DNA of 33,827 bases from a virus (lineage: Duplodnaviria > Caudoviricetes), in IMG/VR virus record IMGVR_UViG_3300021364_000086, positions 1 through 33,827 of that record, one strand, 5' to 3'. The position numbers and the translations under genes were made by a program. Positions 1 to 9,103 of this stretch are shown here, in pieces; position 1 is the first letter of the stretch, and every line of letters begins with the position of its first letter. The notes below the pieces were generated by a model, which saw only the letters and a program-made list of their open reading frames with translations, had not been told where the DNA came from and ran no database searches.

Positions 1-343
1 CTAAATCCGCTCTAACTACATATGCTCTATTTGCTACTCCTAAGAATGAGTATGCTGCTTGTAGTCCGTATTCGTTTTGCTCTCCGGCATGTACTGGATT
101 ATTACTTGCATCAGTTTGGAAAACTGGGTCTCCAAATGTTTCTGATAGTTCACGTTGTGAACTCATCAAGTAAACTTTACCTGCATTTGCTTTTGTTGTT
201 CCTGGGGCTACGCCTGTGCCTCCTGGGTTTGTCTTATCTGTTGCTGTTGCTACAAAGATAAGCGGTGTTGTGCCTGGTTCCGCTGGAGTATAGAAACTCT
301 CGTCTATAACGCTAACCTGAACACCTGGTGATGTTAATGCCAT
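1..343 (-). CDS. gp18: Tail sheath protein (T4 gp18-like), N-terminal part; runs off the left edge
   Basis: Not in the ORF track. Manual translation from ATG at 343 gives MALTSPGVQVSVIDESFYTPAEPGTTPLIFVATAANK...SQRELSETFGDP...NEYGLQAAYSFLGVANRAYVVRADL, open to the window edge. The SPGV..D.S start and the 'L..TFG.P' and 'YVVR' motifs are typical of contractile sheath proteins. SD AGGAGA at 351-356. Confidence 0.9.
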   Translation of the reverse strand, partial: MALTSPGVQVSVIDESFYTPAEPGTTPLIFVATATDKTNPGGTGVAPGTTKANAGKVYLMSSQRELSETFGDPVFQTDASNNPVHAGEQNEYGLQAAYSFLGVANRAYVVRADL

Positions 344-381
344 TTTAATTTCTCCTCGTGGGTATATGTTGTTGCTAATAA

Positions 382-387
382 TATTTA
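382..387 (-). promoter_or_regulatory. T4-like late promoter core TAAATA upstream of the sheath gene
   Basis: GCTAAATA on the minus strand about 40 nt upstream of the sheath ATG. The same core recurs upstream of most structural genes in the window (T4 consensus TATAAATA). Confidence 0.65.
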
Positions 388-440
388 GCCGTATATGGTG
401 AAAATACCGTGATTTTAGCGGTTATATGCGCAGTTTATAC

Positions 441-469
441 TTGACAAAGCAATAAAAGGTTGTTATAGT
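441..469 (+). promoter_or_regulatory. Sigma70-type (early) promoter
   Basis: TTGACA (441-446), 17-nt spacer, TATAGT (464-469) with an extended -10 TG at 461-462; SD AAGGAG at 482-487 before ATG 494. Confidence 0.8.
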
Positions 470-493
470 TAAAAACAATTAAAGGAGCATTAT

Positions 494-769
494 ATGAGCA
501 TTGACTACAAATTTGACGAAAACAAATATATCGAAGAATTTGCAAAATATATTGATGCAACATACGGTCAACATTATGCAAAAGATAAATTTCAAGCCAC
601 AGAGTTTATTGTAGATGGCGGGCACGGAACAGGCTTTTGCATTGGTAATGTGTTAAAGTATGGTCAACGCTATGGTAAAAAAGGTTCTAAAGAAGATGCT
701 CGCAAAGATCTAATGAAAGTACTTCATTATGCTTTAATGCAGTTGTATGTGCATGACAATGATCTTTAA
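494..769 (+). CDS. DUF3310-like protein (T7 gp1.7 nucleotide-kinase-related family)
   Basis: 91 aa with HY, GFCIGNVLKY..RYGKK and DL.K..HY motifs characteristic of DUF3310 phage proteins; strong promoter and SD. Confidence 0.7.
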   Translation: MSIDYKFDENKYIEEFAKYIDATYGQHYAKDKFQATEFIVDGGHGTGFCIGNVLKYGQRYGKKGSKEDARKDLMKVLHYALMQLYVHDNDL

Positions 770-1524
770 CCTATAAGGAATCCATAGCCAGTGCCACCAG
801 CAACTGCTAGTGCTACTTCAGCTTCTAATTTTTCCATTTCGGTTTGAGCTTCTGCTTTTAGACTTGCTCCATTAAGGCTAGTACCACCTTGCGGACCTGC
901 AATAGTAGCAAACTTTTCGCGGGCTTCACCTAGCATATATTTACAGCTTGCTAATGTATAATCTTTAATCCATTGTTTTGCTCTATAGTCTTCTAACAAT
1001 TGACTGTCTGGTCTATAATTGTAGCACCATAATAAAACTTCTTCGTTGGCTCTTGGACGTTGCAAGATAGTTAAATTTTTTGTTGTTGCATTCCAGTTAA
1101 ATTCGATAAAGCTACCAAACATACGTCCTACTAGTTCTTGTCGTTGTGCAAATAATTCGTATGAAGCAAGGCCGCCAACACCACTGGCTGCTAACAAATA
1201 TGTGTTAGTGTAGGCAAGGTTAAATGGTTCAAACAAACTACCACCATCTCCGCCGCCTGTTCTTGAACCAATACTACGTCTAAATATTTGTCTTACTTCT
1301 TCGATTTCATGTGGCAATGTGTAATTGTTTTTATCTTCTTCTAGTTTTAAAGAAATATAACTTTCTTCTACACTGTGCTCTGTGCGTTGTCTGTATTTTG
1401 AAAGAGACTTTGTTAAAGCACTTTCATAGTGTATAGGATCAAGTTCCACATCGACCATTCCTCCGCCTAGAAATGCGTTTACATAGTCAAATACTTCTTG
1501 TTTTTGCGTTACTAAATCAGCCAT
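766..1524 (-). CDS. gp13: Neck/head-tail adaptor protein (T4 gp13-like)
   Basis: 252 aa; LGG..VDVELD, WIKDY.LA..K..LGEAR.KF..I.GP.GG..LNG..LK.EA and C-terminal F.IG motifs of gp13 homologues; adjacent to gp14/gp15-like genes. Confidence 0.8.
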   Translation of the reverse strand: MADLVTQKQEVFDYVNAFLGGGMVDVELDPIHYESALTKSLSKYRQRTEHSVEESYISLKLEEDKNNYTLPHEIEEVRQIFRRSIGSRTGGGDGGSLFEPFNLAYTNTYLLAASGVGGLASYELFAQRQELVGRMFGSFIEFNWNATTKNLTILQRPRANEEVLLWCYNYRPDSQLLEDYRAKQWIKDYTLASCKYMLGEAREKFATIAGPQGGTSLNGASLKAEAQTEMEKLEAEVALAVAGGTGYGFLIG

Positions 1525-1540
1525 TGATATTCTCCATTAG

Positions 1541-1555
1541 TATTTATGCTAAATA
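1541..1555. promoter_or_regulatory. Back-to-back divergent late promoters for gp13 (-) and gp14 (+)
   Basis: TATTTA at 1541-1546 (TAAATA on the minus strand) and TAAATA at 1550-1555 on the plus strand, inside a 36-nt intergenic gap. Confidence 0.65.
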
Positions 1556-1560
1556 TACGT

Positions 1561-2718
1561 ATGCCACGCTTATCATTATATAGACCAAACAAAACAGCCG
1601 ACTATGAATTCTTAGATAAAGTTATCTATGAACAATTCAGTATAGGTGGCACAGATATTAACATACACAAATATTTAGGTGCAAATAATCCAAGCGATGA
1701 TGATGCAACAGCAACTACACCTCAATATGATGCTGTAAAAGAAACAAATATACAAGATTTATTGTTTTTAGAAAACAGAGACAGAAAATACGACACAGAT
1801 GTTTATACTATCAGAGCTGTCTATAATGTAGCAGATACAGATTTTAATCTTTCACAGTTTGGTTTATTTTTACAAAATGATACACTGTTTATGACAATAC
1901 ATATTAACAGCAGTGTAAAAACATTAGGTAGAAAAATATTAAGTGGTGATGTTATTGAATTTCCTCACTTAAAAGACGAATATGCACTCAATGATTATAG
2001 TGTTGCACTAAAAAGATACTATGTAGTTGAAGATGTTAATCGTGCAGCAGAAGGATTCAGTCAAACTTGGTATCCTCACTTGTATAGAGTAAAATTAAAG
2101 CAAATCTACGATGGACAAGAATTTAAAGAAATACTCGATTTGCCTGCAGGCGACGATGCTGATAATACTTTGCGTGATGTATTGAGTACATTTGAAACCG
2201 AAATGAATATAAACAATGCTATCATTCAGCAAGCAGAAGCAGATGCAGCAAAAAGCGGATACGATACAAGTAATCTATACACACTACAAGTTGATAACAC
2301 AGGAAAGCCAGAGCTTATTACAGCTGATATCAATACATTAGATGCTTCAACACAATCGATACTTGTAGATAAAATTGCACAAACTCCAGCAAGAGAAGGG
2401 TATCAAGGATACTTAATTGGTGATAACATTGCACCAAATGGAGAAGCATTTGGCAGCGGAATTACATTTCCAAATAATAATGTTGTTGGCGATTACTTTT
2501 TAAGAACAGATATGTTGCCAAATAGATTATTTAGATATGATGGAAGTAGATGGGTAAAAATGGAAGACGGCGTAAGAATGACACTGAGTAATACTGATAC
2601 ACGAAGTACTCTCAAAACATCATTTGTGAACAATACAACAACATCTACAATAGGTGGCGAAAGTGTCACAGAAAGACAAAGTTTGTCTAAAGCACTAAAA
2701 CCCAAGGCAGATAATTAA
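1561..2718 (+). CDS. gp14: Neck/head-closure protein (T4 gp14-like) with C-terminal extension
   Basis: MPRLSLYRPNK...; LSQFGLFL..D.L.MT.H, GDVIEFPH and 'YPHLYRVKLK' motifs resemble gp14; lies between gp13 and gp15. Start placed at 1561 rather than 1546 because the 1546 start overlaps the promoters. Confidence 0.7.
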   Translation: MPRLSLYRPNKTADYEFLDKVIYEQFSIGGTDINIHKYLGANNPSDDDATATTPQYDAVKETNIQDLLFLENRDRKYDTDVYTIRAVYNVADTDFNLSQFGLFLQNDTLFMTIHINSSVKTLGRKILSGDVIEFPHLKDEYALNDYSVALKRYYVVEDVNRAAEGFSQTWYPHLYRVKLKQIYDGQEFKEILDLPAGDDADNTLRDVLSTFETEMNINNAIIQQAEADAAKSGYDTSNLYTLQVDNTGKPELITADINTLDASTQSILVDKIAQTPAREGYQGYLIGDNIAPNGEAFGSGITFPNNNVVGDYFLRTDMLPNRLFRYDGSRWVKMEDGVRMTLSNTDTRSTLKTSFVNNTTTSTIGGESVTERQSLSKALKPKADN

Positions 2719-4208
2719 TGCAACATTTTTATGATGGACAAATTAGACGATATATTACACAGATTATTAGATTGTGTAGTAATTTTACCTACAAAGACGG
2801 CAGTGGAACAGTCAAAAGTATTCCAGTGACATATGGTGATCTAACTAGACAAGTTGCAAACATTATCAGAGACAACAGTGAAAACAAACTTCCAACTGTT
2901 CCTCGTATGGCAGTTTATATTACAAACTTAGAATTAGATAGAGAACGATTAGCAGATGCAAGTTATGTTGAAAAACTCAACATTAGAGAACGTGCATATG
3001 ATGAAGACGGAAACGAATATCTAAATACACAAGGTAAAAATTATACAGTCGAACGTATTATGCCTACGCCATATATGTTAAGAGTAAACCTAGATATCTG
3101 GAGTAGCAACACTGATCAAAAACTACAAATTATGGAACAAATATTAATGATGTTTAATCCTAGTTTGGAAATACAAACTACTGATAATTATGTAGATTGG
3201 ACAAGTTTAACTACTGTATATTTAGAACAAATTAGTTTTAGTAATAGAACTCAGCCAATCGGTGTAGACAGCGAAATTGATGTAGGAACACTTTCATTTA
3301 GCACACCTATCTTTATTTCACCGCCAACCAAAGTCAAAAAACTTGGCGTCATTACACAAATTGTGACCAACATATTTGACGAAACTCGTGGAACAATTAA
3401 TTTAGGTGACTCGTTCCCAGAACTTAGCGCATATGCAGATACTCCTGTGCCTATTGATAAAACAACAACAGTAAACAGCGATCCGGCAACAAAAACCGAT
3501 ATCAAAGCAACTGTTTCTCAAAGATCAACTGTAGCACACAATTATAAAAATTATGGTGTATATATTATTGGCAGTACCGCAAGACTAGTCGACCGAGGAA
3601 AAGTTGGCGAAGTAAATTGGCGCTCAGTTATTGAATCATATCCTGGCACATATATAGCCGGGTTGAGTCAAATACGTTTACAAACAGCAAGTGATAGTTT
3701 TGTTATAGGTGATATTACACTTAATAGTTTAGACGAAACACAGTTAGTAGTTAATTGGGATACAGATACTTTACCTACAGGTGATATAGTTGAAGGACCT
3801 GCAAGAAATTCAAATAGCTACACAAGTTTTGATAAAATTGTAGAGCCTTCAAAATACAATCCTACTAACGATAAGACACCTGGACTTAGACTTCTAATAT
3901 TAGAGCCATTAAATCCAAGTGATAATGTTGGTGGAGATGTAGGAGACACACCTTACAACTTTGTATACGATGGCCCAGATGCTTGGAAGAATTCCAACGG
4001 TACTGACTTTGTTGCAAATGCAAATGATGTAATCGAATGGGACGGAAACAATTGGCATATTGTAATCGACAGTGCTGATAGCACAAACGGTATTAATCAA
4101 CGAAACTTAGCTACAAATGTTATGTATACATGGACAGGTGAAGAATGGATACAGAGCTACGAAGGCGAGTATTCAGTAGGAACATGGGAACTGTTCCTTG
4201 ATCCATAA
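2718..4208 (+). CDS. gp15: Tail terminator / sheath-stabilising protein (T4 gp15-like) with C-terminal extension
   Basis: 496 aa; the N-terminal half has FYDGQIRRY, IPVTYG, LP..PRM, P.PY....NLDIW and QIMEQIL..FNP motifs of gp15. Translationally coupled to gp14 (TAATG overlap). Confidence 0.8.
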   Translation: MQHFYDGQIRRYITQIIRLCSNFTYKDGSGTVKSIPVTYGDLTRQVANIIRDNSENKLPTVPRMAVYITNLELDRERLADASYVEKLNIRERAYDEDGNEYLNTQGKNYTVERIMPTPYMLRVNLDIWSSNTDQKLQIMEQILMMFNPSLEIQTTDNYVDWTSLTTVYLEQISFSNRTQPIGVDSEIDVGTLSFSTPIFISPPTKVKKLGVITQIVTNIFDETRGTINLGDSFPELSAYADTPVPIDKTTTVNSDPATKTDIKATVSQRSTVAHNYKNYGVYIIGSTARLVDRGKVGEVNWRSVIESYPGTYIAGLSQIRLQTASDSFVIGDITLNSLDETQLVVNWDTDTLPTGDIVEGPARNSNSYTSFDKIVEPSKYNPTNDKTPGLRLLILEPLNPSDNVGGDVGDTPYNFVYDGPDAWKNSNGTDFVANANDVIEWDGNNWHIVIDSADSTNGINQRNLATNVMYTWTGEEWIQSYEGEYSVGTWELFLDP

Positions 4209-4216
4209 TTATATGT

Positions 4217-4651
4217 ATGAGTCAAATAATTTGTAGTGGTGCACTATTTTATACATTAGATACACAAAGATTTTTATTCTTGCATAGAACACAAAGTAGG
4301 AATAAAAACGTATGGGGTTTAGTTGGAGGCACTAATGAAGATAAAGAAACTGCTTGGGAAGGTTTACAAAGAGAAATCAAAGAAGAAATAGGCAGTATTC
4401 CTAATATTAAAAAAACTATACCCTTAGAAACATTTATAAGCAAAGATGAAAATTTTTTATTTCACACATATCTTTGTGTAATTGAAAAAGAATTTATTCC
4501 TATGTTAAACAACGAACACAACGGTTATGCATGGGTATCGTTTAACAGTTGGCCAAAGCCTTTACACAATGGCCTAGCAAATACTCTGCGTAATAAACAA
4601 AATCAACAAAAATTAAAAACTGTTTTTGAACTTATTAAATTGTTCGTATAA
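4217..4651 (+). CDS. Nudix hydrolase
   Basis: Nudix box GGTNEDKETAWEGLQREIKEEIG plus 'LN.EH.GYAWV' and 'PKPLH'. The 3' end overlaps the convergent 1496-aa gene by 39 nt. Confidence 0.9.
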   Translation: MSQIICSGALFYTLDTQRFLFLHRTQSRNKNVWGLVGGTNEDKETAWEGLQREIKEEIGSIPNIKKTIPLETFISKDENFLFHTYLCVIEKEFIPMLNNEHNGYAWVSFNSWPKPLHNGLANTLRNKQNQQKLKTVFELIKLFV

Positions 4652-7600
4652 CCAATCAAAGTCATTGATTTTATTCAAATAATCTAAGTTTTTTGCCGCA
4701 TATTCACCGTATTTTTTGCCTTGATTAGCCCCGTTAATCGCCGCATTACCAAAAGGTTTATCTTTACCTCTACTACACCAAGCATTTAATCTAAATTCAG
4801 TTTCTTCATCTAGTTGTCCGTCAATTGCACGAGAACTTAACTTTACACATTCTCTAAATGCACTGCGCCATGTGCTAAATTCATCTGTATCAAATTTTGT
4901 AATATTAGAAATTTTGTTTACTACTTTGAACAACGGACTTATACTTGTTGTCATATCAGGTTTATTAGTATCCATATTCAGTGTTAATTCTCTAGGTAAT
5001 AGCTTTACAGCACCATAACCGTAAATTAATCCATTTATTGGATTTTTAGATTTCCAAACATGCACAGTGCGTTTACTATCAGGATCATAAGTAGGAATGT
5101 AGTAATCAAAATTAAAATCATCTACAATTTGTGCGTCAGCGTCTACTACATAAAACATTTCAGTTTCAGCAGTTTTTGCAGCCATGATATGTGCTTGATG
5201 AATACCTTCAATCCCATGCACTCTGTGTATTGTTTTATCTGGAAATTGATTGAATAATTTTTTAAAGTTTTCATCTGCATTTTTTTCATCTTTGCTAATA
5301 AACACAATATCGTAAGATTTTGGTTGACTTGCTGTAATATTGTATTCTTTTTTATTTGCAAAAAACCGCATTTGAATTTCTCGTTCTGTAATATTAGATT
5401 TTTTGCTTACCAGTGCTACACCGTCCCAAGCATTGCCATTTTTAAACACATGATTTGTAGATCTTTCAAAATCTTGATCATGTGAAAAATACAAGTCAAA
5501 ATTAAAATCAGGTTCTATATTAACCTCTCTTGGAATTATCCAAAACATTTCTGTTTTTGACATGTTGTATGCTTTTTTATAATCGTTATATGTGTTTATT
5601 GTAAATTTATCATAACTTACAGGGCCACTGGCAATAACATCCCATTCTTTACGTCTGCCTATAGTTCTATACTCAATTTCTTTTTGCGTTAAAGGCGCAT
5701 GTTTTGTAAACAAAAATAATCCGTTGTATGTTTCTTTACCGTTTACACTATGCTTGAAAGCATGGTTAATTGTTCTGTCATAGCTGTTATGTACATCGAT
5801 ATACATGCCCATATCAAAATCTTCATGTATTTTGATATTAGGAGTAGTTCCCCAAAACATATTTGATGGCGACTCGTCAAATGCATTAAGATAATCATTG
5901 TATGTTTCAATGTTGTAAACAGGAAACGGTTTTGGTGTGCTTGCAACTACATCGTGTTTTTTACTGTTAGCATAAAATCTATGTTCAACTTCTTGTTGTG
6001 TGACTGGAGCATGTGTTGACATAAGAGCAATACCATCCCAATATTCACCATTTCTAAACACATGATTTGTAGTTCTATCAAACACATTATCGTGAGTAAA
6101 ATACATTTCAAAATCAAAATCTATACATACTTCTACATCACTAGGTATAGCCCAAAACATTTCTGTTTTTGCACTGTCCATAGCAGCCAAGTAGTCGCTG
6201 TAATTGTTTACTACGTATCTTTCGTATTTTACAGGTAAACTAGCAACCACAGGCCAGTTTTTTGCTTTGACTAAATGTCTGTGTTCAATTTCTTTTTCAG
6301 TCACAGGTGCATGTTTGCTGAACAAAAACAAACCGTTCCTATAACCTTTATCGCCTACTTCGTGTAAAAATGTGTGATTAATTTTTCTATCAAATTCGTT
6401 ATCGTGAGAAAAATAGTAATTGAAATCAAAAATACTAGTGTCAATATTATTTGATAATCCCCAGAACATTTCTGTATCGCTTGCTTTTAATGCATCTAAA
6501 TATTGACCATATGTTTCAATAATAAATTCGTCATACATGCACTCTGAACTAGCAACTATATCCCAATGTTTAGCATCAACTATATGTCTATACTCAATTT
6601 CTTTTTGAGTAATCGGTTTGTGTTTACTTAATAAAAATACGCCATTATACAGATGTGTATTTTTTACTTCATGTATAAATGCATGATTTGTAAATCTATC
6701 AAATCTGTTTGTATGATCAAAGTGTAAATCGAAATCCCAATTATCAGTATTAATATTTCTACTAACTGCAAAAAACAGTTCAGTCACACTTTTTTCCATT
6801 GCTTCTAAATATTCGTCGTATGTATCAACAAAGTGTATATCATATTGAGCATATTTACTTGCAATTACTTTCCATTCTTTTACATTCAATATATGTCTGT
6901 GTTCAATTTCTTTTTCAGTCACAGGAGATTTTTTACTAAACAAAAAATATCCATTGTAATTTACACTGTCAAATCCTTGATTAAGAAATGCATGATTTAT
7001 ACTTCTATCATATTTGTTATCGTGTGTAAAACTCAATGTAAAATCAAAATCATCAACATCTTCTAAATTACTAGACACTCCCCAAAACATTTCTGTTTTG
7101 CTATGCTTAAATGCATACAAATAATCACCGTATGTGTCAATAATAAATTTATCATATTTTACAGGAAAACTGCCTACTATACTATGCTGTTTTACATTAA
7201 CAAGATGTCTGTGCTCGACTTCTTTCTGCGTTAAAGGACTATACTTGCTGCATAAAAATAATCCATTATATAAACAACCAGCATGATTGTCTACTTTGTG
7301 TAAAAATGCATGATTAATATTTCTATCATATGTATTTTTGTGTTCTATTACAAAATCAAAATCAAAACCACTTGTGTTAATATTTCGACTACTCATCCAA
7401 AACATTTCTGTTCTTGAAGTTTCAAGTGCAGTTAAATATTCTTCGTAATCGTCAATTTGAAAATATTCATAAGGTGCAGGCACACTCATAATTACATGAT
7501 GCTCTTTCCTGTTTACAGGATGCCTATGTAGTATTTCATTTTCAGTGAGAGTTAAATTTTGAGGAACCAGCATGAGACCGTTAAAGTTTGAATCACCGTC

Positions 7601-9103
7601 GTGATCGTGTTCAAATACATGTACCTGATTTCTGTCTATAATATCATGATGACTTATGTAGAATTGATCTCTTGCACTTTGATAATCATTTATTTGTGGG
7701 CTAGATATCCAAAACATATCTGTTGTTGCTTTGTTTTTTGCATCTATATAATCTTGATAATTATTAACCTCAAATACATCAAATGGTTTTGGTATACTGT
7801 AAACTTCATTCCATTCTTTTTTCTTAGAATAAAATCTGTGTTCTACTTCTTTTTTTGATAATTTTACTTTGGTGCTATATAATACAACACCGTCATATGT
7901 TTTTTTATTTAGAAAAACATGTGTAATATTTCTATCGTATTGATTGTGATGTGAAAAATACAAATCTAAATCATTACATACATTAACATCACTTGGTATA
8001 CCCCAAAACATGTCTGTAGTTGTAGTTTCCAAAGCACGTTTGTAGTCAGACCAAGAATTAACTACAAACGTATCAAACTTTTTTGGGCGGCTTGCTACCA
8101 CCTCGTGTTCTTTTTTTGCTACAATAAATCTATGTTCAAATTCTTTTTTTCCTATAGGACAATGCTTACTGAATAGCATAACACCGTCATAACTTTTGTC
8201 ATTTAAAAACACATGATTTATATGTCTGTCGTATTGATTCATATGGTCAATATAAAAACTAAAATCAAAGTTTTCTTCAAGTTCAACATCATCAGGTATC
8301 CACCAAAACAAATCACCTTCAAAATTATCCAATACTTTTCTGTATTCTTCATATGTTTTAAAATTGTATTGTGGAAATTTTTTTGGTTTACTTGCTACAA
8401 TGCTTACATCTTTTTTCTCAGCGTAAAACCTGTGTTGCAGTTCGTTTGCTGTTGGGGTGTAAGATTTACAACCTAAAATAATACCATCTTTGCTACGTGT
8501 TGAGCCATTGCTAAACACATGAATATACTGTTGACTCCAATCATCAGGCATATATGAAAATTTAAAAAATTCACTAACTTCAACATCATTGGGTACTAAC
8601 CAAAACATATCAGTATCTGATTTACTTTGTGCATCATAATAGTCTTTTGCAATTTGTGTGTTTGGAAAACGTCGAACTAGTTTTTGATATTCGTCATCGG
8701 ATTCTTTACCAACAAAAAATATATTAAAACTTTCTTCGCCACACAAAACATCATATTTTGCACAAATATGTTTTTGTTCAATTCTGTATTCTGTATCAAC
8801 TTTTGTAGGAACCAGTTTGACTTTGTCCCAACTTAGTATTCTTTTACTACGTTTGTAAACATATGGAAAACAATGAATTCCAACTTCTGTAGGTTTAAAA
8901 TGCCAAGGAAAAGTTCTTAGTGTTTCGATATTTTTGTCAACTATCCAAACATAATCATGATCTTGATAATTTTTTACAACAGAATAATCCATTGTATCTT
9001 CTGTGTAATGTATAGGATAAGAATGTAAAAAATGATTTTTTAGAACATCCTGTCCGTTGTAAATTTTTTGTCCATAGCGTTCAAATCTATCAAATGCTCT
9101 CAT
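4613..9103 (-). CDS. Large glycosyltransferase-like protein: about 12 degenerate ~100-aa GT-A-like repeats plus a C-terminal DxD-bearing domain
   Basis: The C-terminal domain has YDIVFIS..E.NA, 'GI..AH..AA..A.TEMFYVVDAD' (DxD at 5135-5143) and YGYGAVKL, typical of phage GT-A-fold proteins. The upstream repeats are copies of this segment lacking the DxD. Confidence 0.7.
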   Translation of the reverse strand: MRAFDRFERYGQKIYNGQDVLKNHFLHSYPIHYTEDTMDYSVVKNYQDHDYVWIVDKNIETLRTFPWHFKPTEVGIHCFPYVYKRSKRILSWDKVKLVPTKVDTEYRIEQKHICAKYDVLCGEESFNIFFVGKESDDEYQKLVRRFPNTQIAKDYYDAQSKSDTDMFWLVPNDVEVSEFFKFSYMPDDWSQQYIHVFSNGSTRSKDGIILGCKSYTPTANELQHRFYAEKKDVSIVASKPKKFPQYNFKTYEEYRKVLDNFEGDLFWWIPDDVELEENFDFSFYIDHMNQYDRHINHVFLNDKSYDGVMLFSKHCPIGKKEFEHRFIVAKKEHEVVASRPKKFDTFVVNSWSDYKRALETTTTDMFWGIPSDVNVCNDLDLYFSHHNQYDRNITHVFLNKKTYDGVVLYSTKVKLSKKEVEHRFYSKKKEWNEVYSIPKPFDVFEVNNYQDYIDAKNKATTDMFWISSPQINDYQSARDQFYISHHDIIDRNQVHVFEHDHDGDSNFNGLMLVPQNLTLTENEILHRHPVNRKEHHVIMSVPAPYEYFQIDDYEEYLTALETSRTEMFWMSSRNINTSGFDFDFVIEHKNTYDRNINHAFLHKVDNHAGCLYNGLFLCSKYSPLTQKEVEHRHLVNVKQHSIVGSFPVKYDKFIIDTYGDYLYAFKHSKTEMFWGVSSNLEDVDDFDFTLSFTHDNKYDRSINHAFLNQGFDSVNYNGYFLFSKKSPVTEKEIEHRHILNVKEWKVIASKYAQYDIHFVDTYDEYLEAMEKSVTELFFAVSRNINTDNWDFDLHFDHTNRFDRFTNHAFIHEVKNTHLYNGVFLLSKHKPITQKEIEYRHIVDAKHWDIVASSECMYDEFIIETYGQYLDALKASDTEMFWGLSNNIDTSIFDFNYYFSHDNEFDRKINHTFLHEVGDKGYRNGLFLFSKHAPVTEKEIEHRHLVKAKNWPVVASLPVKYERYVVNNYSDYLAAMDSAKTEMFWAIPSDVEVCIDFDFEMYFTHDNVFDRTTNHVFRNGEYWDGIALMSTHAPVTQQEVEHRFYANSKKHDVVASTPKPFPVYNIETYNDYLNAFDESPSNMFWGTTPNIKIHEDFDMGMYIDVHNSYDRTINHAFKHSVNGKETYNGLFLFTKHAPLTQKEIEYRTIGRRKEWDVIASGPVSYDKFTINTYNDYKKAYNMSKTEMFWIIPREVNIEPDFNFDLYFSHDQDFERSTNHVFKNGNAWDGVALVSKKSNITEREIQMRFFANKKEYNITASQPKSYDIVFISKDEKNADENFKKLFNQFPDKTIHRVHGIEGIHQAHIMAAKTAETEMFYVVDADAQIVDDFNFDYYIPTYDPDSKRTVHVWKSKNPINGLIYGYGAVKLLPRELTLNMDTNKPDMTTSISPLFKVVNKISNITKFDTDEFSTWRSAFRECVKLSSRAIDGQLDEETEFRLNAWCSRGKDKPFGNAAINGANQGKKYGEYAAKNLDYLNKINDFDWLYEQFNKFKNSF
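5330..8760 (-). repeat. Intragenic tandem array of about 11 repeats (~300 nt / ~100 aa each)
   Basis: Recurring unit F.I.TY..Y..A...S.TEMFW.......FDF...F.HDN.YDR..NH.F....Y(N/D)G..L.SK..P.T.KE.EHR.....K....VAS.P. The MFW-type motifs fall near 8600, 8300, 8005, 7710, 7400, 7085, 6770, 6460, 6150, 5850 and 5540. Boundaries are approximate. Confidence 0.9.

Noticed and set aside
22-261. 79-aa Leu-rich plus-strand ORF
   Set aside because: It is the antisense shadow of the tail sheath gene, which occupies 1-343 on the minus strand.
5330-8760. CRISPR array or non-coding tandem repeat
   Set aside because: The ~300-nt periodicity is protein-level, diverged and inside one ORF; there are no identical short repeats with spacers.
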